Assembly (NCBI GenBank): GCA_026387835.1 | Contig: JAPLKZ010000013.1 | Location: forward strand, 133,874-165,873 | DNA: 32,000 nucleotides | DNA from: Candidatus Saganbacteria bacterium | GTDB lineage: Bacteria > Margulisbacteria > WOR-1 > JAKLHX01 | Reading direction: 5' to 3' | Part shown: positions 1-7,545 of the stretch, piece after piece | Layout: each line of letters starts with the position of its first letter | Position numbering within the stretch: position 1 is the first letter of the stretch | Translations under genes and position numbers: made by a program | The notes under the pieces: generated by a model | What the model saw: the letters and a program-made list of their open reading frames with translations, nothing else | The model's database searches: none | What the model was told of the DNA's origin: nothing

Positions 1-2
1 AC

Positions 3-1100
3 ATCGCAACAATAGACCAGGCGCGCGAGAACCAACTTATAGGATTCGGGCTTGTAGCGGGGCTCCGGCAGTCAGGGGACAGCCAGCAGACCGAGTTTAC
101 AAAACAGGCGATAGCAAATCTTCTATCCCGCATGGGGATGTCTCCCCCGTCGCCCATAACAAGCTCAACGTCACGATCACTTACAAATCTATATAATTTT
201 TCAACGATCCCTAAATCGCAGGAATACAGGTCAAAGAACGTCGCCGCAGTGATGGTGACTGCTACGCTCCCTCCGTTCATGAAACCGGGGCAGAAAATAG
301 ATGTAACCGTGGCAAGTATAGGGGACGCCGCTAGCCTTAAAGGCGGCAACCTTCTGGCAACGCAGCTGCTGGGGATGGACGGTCAGACATATGCGGTGGC
401 GCAGGGGCCTGTCTCTCTGGGCGGGGTCAGCGATTCGAACTTTTTACCTTTCAGAACGGATATAGCTACAACGGGAAGAGTTCCCGGGGGAGGGCTGGTC
501 GAAAAGGAGATCCCCGTCAGTATTGAAGAAGAGCTGGCTCAGACAGACACGGCTGAAGCCTCCAGTTCGATCACGGGGTTCAAAATACTTTTGAACGAAC
601 CTGATTTTACGACAGCTTCAAGAGTTGCATACACAATAGCGAAAGAAGGCATCGATGTCCAGGCCCTTGATGCAGCTTCGATAATGGTCAGGGTCACTCC
701 GGGAGATGACGCGATATCACTTATCTCAAAGATCGAAACACTGAGGGTCATTCCTGACGTGAAAGCAAAAATTGTGATCAACGAAAGGACCGGCACGATA
801 GTGATCGGCGAAAATATCAGGATCGCGCCGGTAGCCGTCACTTACGGGAATTTCACCGTGACAATAGGGCCGGCATCTCTTACGTCAGGATTGAGCGAGA
901 CAGGGGGCATTCCTTTATCTTCAACGAATGTAATGATAAAGGAAAGCAATAAAAAACTTGTCATCTTGAAGGAATCCGCGAATTTATCAGACCTTGTGAG
1001 ATCGCTGAACTCGATAGGAGCCACTCCAAAAGACCTGATAGCTATCATTCAGGCTATAAAGCAATCCGGCGCATTGACCGCCGACCTGGAGATCATGTGA
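3..1100 (+). CDS. flgI: Flagellar P-ring protein FlgI, 5'-truncated by window edge
   Basis: The open frame extends upstream of the listed ORF start to the window edge (IATIDQARENQLIGFGLVAGLRQSGDSQQTEFTKQAIANLLSRMG), matching the FlgI N-terminal pattern; later GDAASLKGGNLLATQLLGMDGQTYAVAQGPVSLGG is typical FlgI. Confidence 0.95.
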   Translation: MATIDQARENQLIGFGLVAGLRQSGDSQQTEFTKQAIANLLSRMGMSPPSPITSSTSRSLTNLYNFSTIPKSQEYRSKNVAAVMVTATLPPFMKPGQKIDVTVASIGDAASLKGGNLLATQLLGMDGQTYAVAQGPVSLGGVSDSNFLPFRTDIATTGRVPGGGLVEKEIPVSIEEELAQTDTAEASSSITGFKILLNEPDFTTASRVAYTIAKEGIDVQALDAASIMVRVTPGDDAISLISKIETLRVIPDVKAKIVINERTGTIVIGENIRIAPVAVTYGNFTVTIGPASLTSGLSETGGIPLSSTNVMIKESNKKLVILKESANLSDLVRSLNSIGATPKDLIAIIQAIKQSGALTADLEIM

Positions 1101-1423
1101 TGGATAATTTTATCCCGCCGGTGATCTTTAATCGCAACAGCGCGTACACCGGCAGCGTCACGCAGCCCGGTCCGGTGCAGGGCGATGCCGTGACGGCGGT
1201 CTCTTCGCTGTTTTTGCAGACCATGCTGAAAGAGATCTATAAAAACCAGTTTAAAAACGAACTTTTTACGACGGAAAACAATCCATCATCCTCGGTTTTT
1301 TCCGATATGTTCGTAGAACAGATGATAAATGAGATGGCAAATGCCGATACTTTCGGACTTAACAAGATGATCTCTTCGGCGATTGAGCCGCGGGATGTAA
1401 TAGAGGAAAGCAAATGCCCGTAA
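1097..1423 (+). CDS. flgJ: Rod-binding protein (FlgJ N-terminal domain type, no muramidase domain)
   Basis: 108 aa; AVSSLFLQTMLKEIYKN...SDMFVEQMINEMANADTFGLNKMI resembles the rod-binding domain; 4-bp overlap with flgI. Confidence 0.8.
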   Translation: MMDNFIPPVIFNRNSAYTGSVTQPGPVQGDAVTAVSSLFLQTMLKEIYKNQFKNELFTTENNPSSSVFSDMFVEQMINEMANADTFGLNKMISSAIEPRDVIEESKCP

Positions 1424-2163
1424 GACCGAAACAAGAATCGTTAAAACAGCAACAGCCTTACAGGCCTGCCATGGCCATGGAGGCGTACCTGCCGCTAGTC
1501 CATTCGATAGCGGCTATGATCTCAGGGAAAGGCCTCCCGCCGAACATAGATTATAACGATCTTGTAAGCGACGGCACTATAGGGCTGATGAAAGCGTGGG
1601 ATAATTTCGATCCTAAAAGGGGGGTCAAGTTCGAGACTTATGCTTCTTACAGGGTCAGGGGCGAGATACTGGACGGGCTCAAATATTACAATCCCGTTCC
1701 TTACAGGATACAGGTGATGATAAGGGACCTTGCGAAAAAAGGATACGACACAATACTAAAACGCGGCGAAAAAGAGTCCGGCATCTCGACAAAGGATTCA
1801 AAGCTTCTCGAAAAAAAGAGCCTCAGCGAGTCGGAATTCAAAGCGGCTGTCACAAAGATCCAGAAGATAGTATCTGCTTCGGCTTTGATGTACCTTGTTT
1901 CACTGGAACAGGCTTCCGATTCTTCGGAGATCCAGGTATCCGGAGAAAGGACCCCTGTCGAGGAGCTTGAATCCAGCGATCTTAAATTAAGGCTTGATAA
2001 CGAGATAAAAAGCCTTCCGAAGATGGAACGAACGGTGCTCGAACTTTTTTTCAAAAAAGGCCTTAGCCAGAAGGATATTGCAAAGGACCACAAACTGTCA
2101 AGAAGCAAGGTCAACAGGCTTATCGCGAGGGCAATAAACAGGCTGAAGGAAAAGTTGAAATAG
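1414..2163 (+). CDS. fliA: RNA polymerase sigma factor, sigma-28/FliA (type III) family
   Basis: IDYNDLVSDGTIGLMKAWDNFDPKRGVKFETYASYRVRGEILDGLKY (region 2) and LPKMERTVLELFFKKGLSQKDIAKDHKLSRSKVNRLIARAINRLKEKL (region 4). Confidence 0.9.
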   Translation: MPVRPKQESLKQQQPYRPAMAMEAYLPLVHSIAAMISGKGLPPNIDYNDLVSDGTIGLMKAWDNFDPKRGVKFETYASYRVRGEILDGLKYYNPVPYRIQVMIRDLAKKGYDTILKRGEKESGISTKDSKLLEKKSLSESEFKAAVTKIQKIVSASALMYLVSLEQASDSSEIQVSGERTPVEELESSDLKLRLDNEIKSLPKMERTVLELFFKKGLSQKDIAKDHKLSRSKVNRLIARAINRLKEKLK

Positions 2164-2172
2164 GGCATAAAT

Positions 2173-2466
2173 ATGGAAATATTCGATCCTACGATGTCAA
2201 ATATTGAAAGTGCGATGGCGAGGAGCATAAAGATCCAGGAAGTTACCGCGCACAATATCGCCAACGCGCAGACGCCCGGCTTTACGGCTAAAAAATTTGA
2301 CGAGGTACTGAACAAAGCCGTCGAGCGCGAAGAAAATAAAACAGTGAATCTGGAAGAAGAAATGGCCGAAATGGCGAAGAACAACACCAGGTATTCGACA
2401 TATGCAAAACTAATGTCGGCAAAGCTCGCCGTGCTGAGAAATGTGATATCGCAGGGGAGAAAATAA
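2173..2466 (+). CDS. flgB: Flagellar basal-body rod protein FlgB (short)
   Basis: 97 aa; VTAHNIANAQTPGFTAKKFD and C-terminal MAKNNTRYSTYAKLMSAKLAVLRNVIS; position before flgC. Confidence 0.88.
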   Translation: MEIFDPTMSNIESAMARSIKIQEVTAHNIANAQTPGFTAKKFDEVLNKAVEREENKTVNLEEEMAEMAKNNTRYSTYAKLMSAKLAVLRNVISQGRK

Positions 2467-2469
2467 GAC

Positions 2470-2910
2470 ATGGGATTAAACAGCGCGTTGGATATCTCTG
2501 TTTCCGCGATAAACGCCGAACGGCTTCATATGGAGCTTATAGCAAGCAATATCGCAAATATCAATACTACGAAGACCGTTGACGGGGGCATCTACAGGAG
2601 AAAGGTGCTTTCCTATACGGAAAAACCGGTAACGTTTGAAGATGTCCTTGCCGGCGCGCAGAAAAAGGCCGAGATAAAAACAGGCGGGGGAGTAGATGTG
2701 TCCGTTACTGAAGATATGAGCGCCCCTATGCAGAAAATATTCAACCCCGGTCATCCGGATGCCGATGAGAAGGGATACGTGACGCTTCCGAACGTGTCGT
2801 TGTCTACGGAGATGACGGACCTTATATTTGCGGGAAGACTTTATGAGACGAATGTTACGGTCTTTAGCGCGACAAAAAAAATGCAAACTGAAGCTCTCCA
2901 GATACAGTAA
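2470..2910 (+). CDS. flgC: Flagellar basal-body rod protein FlgC
   Basis: LDISVSAINAERLHMELIASNIANINTT...YRRKV...NPGHPDADEKGYVTLPNVSLSTEMTDLIFAGRLYETNVTVFSATKKM. Confidence 0.95.
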   Translation: MGLNSALDISVSAINAERLHMELIASNIANINTTKTVDGGIYRRKVLSYTEKPVTFEDVLAGAQKKAEIKTGGGVDVSVTEDMSAPMQKIFNPGHPDADEKGYVTLPNVSLSTEMTDLIFAGRLYETNVTVFSATKKMQTEALQIQ

Positions 2911-2923
2911 AGGAGACCGATAA

Positions 2924-3274
2924 ATGGCTGAAGGCATAAGCAGGATAGACCCGAATTTGCTGGCCCAGATCATGGGGCCCGAGACAACTCCTGCCGCCCC
3001 TGAAGTGGGCCAACCGTCAGCGGCATCCCCCGAGATAAAATCCTCCGGCATGACGTTCGACGATATCTTAGGTAAAGCCGTTAATGCGCTTGACGGGGTG
3101 AGCAATGTCGAGAACGATGCGAATTTAATGATGGAAAAATACATGAAAGGCCAGGTCGACGTATCGGACGTCATGATAGCCACGGCGAAGATGAACATTG
3201 CGGTCCAGCTTGCGGTGGCTACCGTCACTTCCGCCGTGAACACGTTCAAAGAAATAACTCAGATGCAGATCTGA
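2924..3274 (+). CDS. fliE: Flagellar hook-basal body complex protein FliE
   Basis: C-terminal MMEKYMKGQVDVSDVMIATAKMNIAVQLAVATVTSAVNTFKEITQMQI is typical FliE; between flgC and fliF. Confidence 0.92.
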   Translation: MAEGISRIDPNLLAQIMGPETTPAAPEVGQPSAASPEIKSSGMTFDDILGKAVNALDGVSNVENDANLMMEKYMKGQVDVSDVMIATAKMNIAVQLAVATVTSAVNTFKEITQMQI

Positions 3275-3290
3275 TAAAAAGGAGTGATCG

Positions 3291-4898
3291 ATGGGAGAGG
3301 CCAGAGCCCCGGGAAGAATGTCGGACACTAACAGGAATCTTATTATTTCGACTTCTGTTGTAGTGGTCGTTTCGCTTATAGTCCTGCTGGTGTTCTTCAG
3401 GTCGTGCGGCTTGTACGACAGGAATGCAGGTTATAAAGTTATCTACTCCAATCTCGACTTGAAAGATGCCGCGAACGTCGTCACCGTCCTTAAGGTCATG
3501 AAGATACCTTACCAGATAAGGGATGACGGCCGTACTGTAGCGGTCCCGAAAGACAAGGCCGATGACGCGAAGCTGGGTCTCGCGGAAAAAAATCTGCCTA
3601 CGGGCGGGTCGGTAGGATGGGAGATATTTGACCAGTCAAAGCTGGGGACCACCGATTTTGACCGAAGGGTACAGTTTGTAAGAGCGATTTCGGGAGAGCT
3701 TGCGAGGACGATAATGAGGATAGATGCGGTACTGGATGCAAGGGTGCAGATAGTCATTCCTCAAACCTCACTTTTTGAGGTGGCAAAAGCTCCTGTCACG
3801 GCTTCAGTCCTGCTGCAGCTTCGTACCGGAAGAAAGATTTCCCGCGAGCAGGTTAACGGGATAGTATACCTTGTCGCGAGCAGCGTGGAAAATCTAAGAC
3901 CGGAAAACGTCATAATAGTCGATATCTACGGCAACATCTTAAGCGGCCCCGGTGTGGGTTCCGTGGAAGCCAATGTCGTCGCCTCGCCTGTCACAGAGCA
4001 GATGTATATCGCCCCGACACAAGAAGTTGCGGAAAAAGCTCCGGTAAAAGAGATCTTGATCTCAAAGACCGTGCCCACAGGAATAAAAGAGACGGCAGCC
4101 ATAGCTCAGCTCGCCGCCACAAAAGAGACAGAGACCATTTCTTTGCCGCAGAAGAAACTGACCGTCGAAGAGAAAGTGGTCGTGAAGTTCAAGGCAAAGG
4201 AAGAATTCGAGAACATGCTCTCCAGCAAGGTCCAGAAAGTTGTGAATAATTTTTATCCGCCGAACAGCATCCTGGTGAAAGTAAATGTCGACCTGGCGGA
4301 ATATAAAGAAAGCCCGAAAAAACACACTGCAACTGCGGTAAAAGCAAAAAAACATGTCATTTCCAGCATGGAGAACGGCAAAAAACCAGTCCCGTCAAAA
4401 ATGTTGACGGAAGATAATATCAAGAAGATGACCGTCATAGTCCTTGTGGACAACAGGTTCAATCTTACAAAACAGCAAAAAAAGACTACTTATGAGATGA
4501 TAGGCAACGCGATTTCATACCACCCCAGCAGGGGGGACAGGATCATTTTAAGGCAGGTCCCGTTCCATTATGCTACAGCCTTTCAGCCGGGAATGATGCA
4601 AAAAGGATCTGCATCTAAGATGGAAAGTAAGAGATCACTTCCGGAAAAAATGATCTCACTACTCGGCCAAAACACTGCGGTGTCAGTTTTGGCGGCGTTG
4701 TTTATCTTCCTTTTGGCGGTGCTGGCCGCGAGGACATTTTCGAGAAGAAGGTCTTTGGAACAGGAAGCCGAGGAGATGAGCGAACCGGATGAAAGAATGA
4801 GGACAGCTTCTTCGGCGATAGAGCAGATAAGGACAGTGGTCGCGCAGTCTCCAGACCGCGTGGCGGAGCTCATGAAAAACTGGCTGAGCGAAAAATAA
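3291..4898 (+). CDS. fliF: Flagellar MS-ring protein FliF
   Basis: N-terminal TM segment, YKVIYSNLDLKDAANVV, VQFVRAISGELARTIMRIDAVLDARVQIVIP, EQVNGIVYLVASSVENLRPENVIIVD, C-terminal VAELMKNWLSEK (FliG-binding tail). Confidence 0.95.
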   Translation: MGEARAPGRMSDTNRNLIISTSVVVVVSLIVLLVFFRSCGLYDRNAGYKVIYSNLDLKDAANVVTVLKVMKIPYQIRDDGRTVAVPKDKADDAKLGLAEKNLPTGGSVGWEIFDQSKLGTTDFDRRVQFVRAISGELARTIMRIDAVLDARVQIVIPQTSLFEVAKAPVTASVLLQLRTGRKISREQVNGIVYLVASSVENLRPENVIIVDIYGNILSGPGVGSVEANVVASPVTEQMYIAPTQEVAEKAPVKEILISKTVPTGIKETAAIAQLAATKETETISLPQKKLTVEEKVVVKFKAKEEFENMLSSKVQKVVNNFYPPNSILVKVNVDLAEYKESPKKHTATAVKAKKHVISSMENGKKPVPSKMLTEDNIKKMTVIVLVDNRFNLTKQQKKTTYEMIGNAISYHPSRGDRIILRQVPFHYATAFQPGMMQKGSASKMESKRSLPEKMISLLGQNTAVSVLAALFIFLLAVLAARTFSRRRSLEQEAEEMSEPDERMRTASSAIEQIRTVVAQSPDRVAELMKNWLSEK

Positions 4899-4911
4899 TG
4901 ACGGAGTCAAA

Positions 4912-5445
4912 ATGGTCTTAACTGGAAGAGAAAAAGCGACGATATTGTTATCGTTATTGGGCGCCGACCTGTCGGCGCAGATACTGAGAAGCCTGCCTCC
5001 CGATATGGCGGACCTTATTGCTTCGGGAATAAACAATCTTCCGAACCCGTCTTCGGATGTAATATCGTCCGTACTCGAAGAGTTCGCGTCTTTTATTGCT
5101 CTTCCGGATGCTTCTCAAAAGAGAGGGATCGAACAGCAGGCATCTGCCAGGAGCACTCAGGCACCGCCAAAAGCGAACAGAAGCCCGTACGACACCCTTT
5201 TTTATTCCAAACCGAAAAAAGTGGCCATGGCACTTTCAGCAGAAAGATCGTCCGTCACTGCGTTCGTAATGTCGATGCTCCCGGCCGTGCAGGCAAGGGA
5301 TGTTTTGGCATTCATGCCGGACAGGAAAAATGAGATCGAAGATATCATGAGAGACCTAAGGCAGACCCCGATGTCAGAAAAGGTCAAGGAAGACGTAATC
5401 GCGATACTGGCTGAACGGATCGAAAGGATGTATTCGGAAGGTTAA
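4912..5445 (+). CDS. fliG: Truncated/divergent flagellar switch protein FliG (N and M-like domains only)
   Basis: GREKATILLSLLGADLSAQILRSLPPDMADLIASGINNLPNPSSDVISSVLEEF matches the FliG N-domain; a later VTAFVMSMLPAVQARDVLAFMPDRKNEIEDIM segment resembles the M domain; syntenic fliF-X-fliH slot. Confidence 0.75.
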   Translation: MVLTGREKATILLSLLGADLSAQILRSLPPDMADLIASGINNLPNPSSDVISSVLEEFASFIALPDASQKRGIEQQASARSTQAPPKANRSPYDTLFYSKPKKVAMALSAERSSVTAFVMSMLPAVQARDVLAFMPDRKNEIEDIMRDLRQTPMSEKVKEDVIAILAERIERMYSEG

Positions 5446-5450
5446 ATATT

Positions 5451-6197
5451 ATGGCATTGATAAAAAGATCGCAAGTCATTGAAAGAGGTTGTATAGACCT
5501 GAAGACAGAGGTCCCTGCCATCAGGCAGCAGCCGTCGGCCGATTTTTCCGGGGAAGAAGCGCAGGCTTTTGAAGAGATAAAAGAAGAGATCGTTTCTCAT
5601 ACAGTGGATGAAGCTTATGAAAAAACAGGGGAGATAATCGCCCAGGCCCAGGCAGAGGCCAAAGAGCTATTAAAAAAGGCCAATCAAGAGGCGGAGACCC
5701 TGTTCTTAAGGACAAAGGAAGAAGCGGTGCAGGCGGGCAAGGCCGAAGGCGAAGCCAGCGTGAGCGAGAACATAACCGCTTCGCTTGAGACACTGAACAA
5801 CGCGATAAAGGAAAGAAAAAGGATCATCAAGGATTCGGAAGGGGAGATCCTGCGGCTTTCACTGAAGATAGCGGAACAGGTGATAAGAAGCGAAGTGTCG
5901 CTGCACAAGGATGTGGTGATGAACATCGTGGCCGAGGCGGTGAACAAGGTCAGCGACAGGGAGAATGTAATAATAAAGGTCAACAGGGAAGATGCCGAGC
6001 ATATAAAAAAATACAAGGACAGGCTGTCAGGGATAGTGGATGGCGTGAAAAACCTTTCTATAATAGAAGACAGCCAGGTAGAACCCGGAGGCTGTGTTAT
6101 CGAGACGAATCTCGGGTTTGTCGACGCGCGCGTCAGCACAAAACTCTCGCTGATAGAGCAATCGCTTATGAAGGCGCAGGCAAGTGTCACAGAATAA
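5451..6197 (+). CDS. fliH: Flagellar assembly protein FliH
   Basis: Long Glu/Ala/Lys coiled region, then [53 protein letters not shown]...[27 protein letters not shown]. Confidence 0.88.
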   Translation: MALIKRSQVIERGCIDLKTEVPAIRQQPSADFSGEEAQAFEEIKEEIVSHTVDEAYEKTGEIIAQAQAEAKELLKKANQEAETLFLRTKEEAVQAGKAEGEASVSENITASLETLNNAIKERKRIIKDSEGEILRLSLKIAEQVIRSEVSLHKDVVMNIVAEAVNKVSDRENVIIKVNREDAEHIKKYKDRLSGIVDGVKNLSIIEDSQVEPGGCVIETNLGFVDARVSTKLSLIEQSLMKAQASVTE

Positions 6198-7533
6198 TTC
6201 TCTCCAGGAAAACACTTCTTTGATAGATTTTGAAAAATACCACAAAGCCGTAGAACGTTCCGAAGGAATAAGGGTCATCGGAAAGGTCATCCAGGTCGTC
6301 GGATTGATCCTTGAGGCGCAGGTGCAGGGGGTCTCAATAGGAGACCTCTGTATCATCAGGCTGAATAAGGGAAACGCCGATGACATCAGGTATGGGGAGG
6401 TCGTCGGATTCAAGGAAGGAAGGGTCCTTCTGATGCCGCTCGGCACGACCACGGGGATATCTCCGGGTTCCGAAGTCCTTGCCGCGGGACATCCTCTGAT
6501 GGTAAAAGTAGGCCAAGGGCTTTTGGGCAGGGTGCTCGGAGGTCTGGGAGAGCCTATTGATGATAAAGGCCCTTTGATAACCGAAGAAGAAAGGCCTCTT
6601 GACGCCGATCCTCCGGACCCGGTGAAAAGACCGAGGGTGACGGAAATAATCAGGGCCGGGATCCGGGCGATAGACGGGCTGCTTACTTTGGGAAGAGGGC
6701 AAAGGATCGGGATCTTTGCCGGTTCAGGAGTGGGTAAATCGACGTTGATGGGCATGCTCGCGAGGAACGCGGAAGCGGATGTAAACGTCATAGCGCTCAT
6801 CGGAGAGCGCGGAAGAGAAGTAAGGGATTTTATCGAGGAATCGCTGGGAGAAGAGGGCCTGAAAAAATCCGTCGTAGTGGTGGCGACATCGGACCAGCCG
6901 CCTCTGGTCAGGCTAAAAGCGTCTTTTGTGGCTACGGCTATAGCGGAATATTTCAGGGACCAGGACAAAAAGGTCATCTTCATGATGGATTCGGTGACGC
7001 GCTTTGCGTACGCGCAAAGGGACGTGGGGCTGGCGTCCGGAGAGCCTCCCACGACGAGAGGTTATACTCCGTCGGTCTTTGCGATGCTGCCGAGGCTTAT
7101 GGAAAGGTCAGGCACGGCGGAGATAGGTTCCATCACCGGACTTTACACCATACTTGTCGAAGGAGATGATTTCAACGAACCTATAGCCGATCAGTCAAGG
7201 AGCATTCTTGACGGCCATATAATACTGTCCAGGGCGCTTGCGGCAAAGAACCATTATCCGGCGATAGATGTGCTTCCGAGCGTGAGCCGGTTGATGTCTA
7301 ACCTTGTTTCGGATGAGCACAAAGAAGCGGCCGGAAAGCTCAGGGAGGTTCTGGCGCGCTACAGCGAAGCCGAAGACCTCATCAATATCGGTGCTTATGT
7401 AAAAGGGTCCAACCCGAAGATCGACGAGGCGATCGCAAAGATCGACGCGGTCAACGAATTCCTCAAACAGGGCACTTTTGAACAGGTAATGTTCGAGGAC
7501 ATGCTTGACCAGCTCCTTTCAATATTTTACTGA
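6184..7533 (+). CDS. fliI: Flagellum-specific ATPase FliI (probable GTG start)
   Basis: [91 protein letters not shown]; overlaps fliH by 14 bp. Confidence 0.96.
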   Translation: MSQNNSLQENTSLIDFEKYHKAVERSEGIRVIGKVIQVVGLILEAQVQGVSIGDLCIIRLNKGNADDIRYGEVVGFKEGRVLLMPLGTTTGISPGSEVLAAGHPLMVKVGQGLLGRVLGGLGEPIDDKGPLITEEERPLDADPPDPVKRPRVTEIIRAGIRAIDGLLTLGRGQRIGIFAGSGVGKSTLMGMLARNAEADVNVIALIGERGREVRDFIEESLGEEGLKKSVVVVATSDQPPLVRLKASFVATAIAEYFRDQDKKVIFMMDSVTRFAYAQRDVGLASGEPPTTRGYTPSVFAMLPRLMERSGTAEIGSITGLYTILVEGDDFNEPIADQSRSILDGHIILSRALAAKNHYPAIDVLPSVSRLMSNLVSDEHKEAAGKLREVLARYSEAEDLINIGAYVKGSNPKIDEAIAKIDAVNEFLKQGTFEQVMFEDMLDQLLSIFY

Positions 7534-7545
7534 TACAATATAATT

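Noticed and set aside
4912-5445. Short fliG as the result of a frameshift or internal stop
   Set aside because: fliH begins 5 bp after the stop and is complete; no FliG C-domain remnant (charged torque helix) can be seen downstream in any frame, so a simple frameshift does not explain it. A clean assembly deletion cannot be excluded.
6027-7052. 341-aa minus-strand ORF opposite fliI
   Set aside because: Fully antisense to a clearly recognisable FliI; low-complexity Ser/Pro-rich translation and no recognisable motif, typical of a shadow ORF in the complementary frame.
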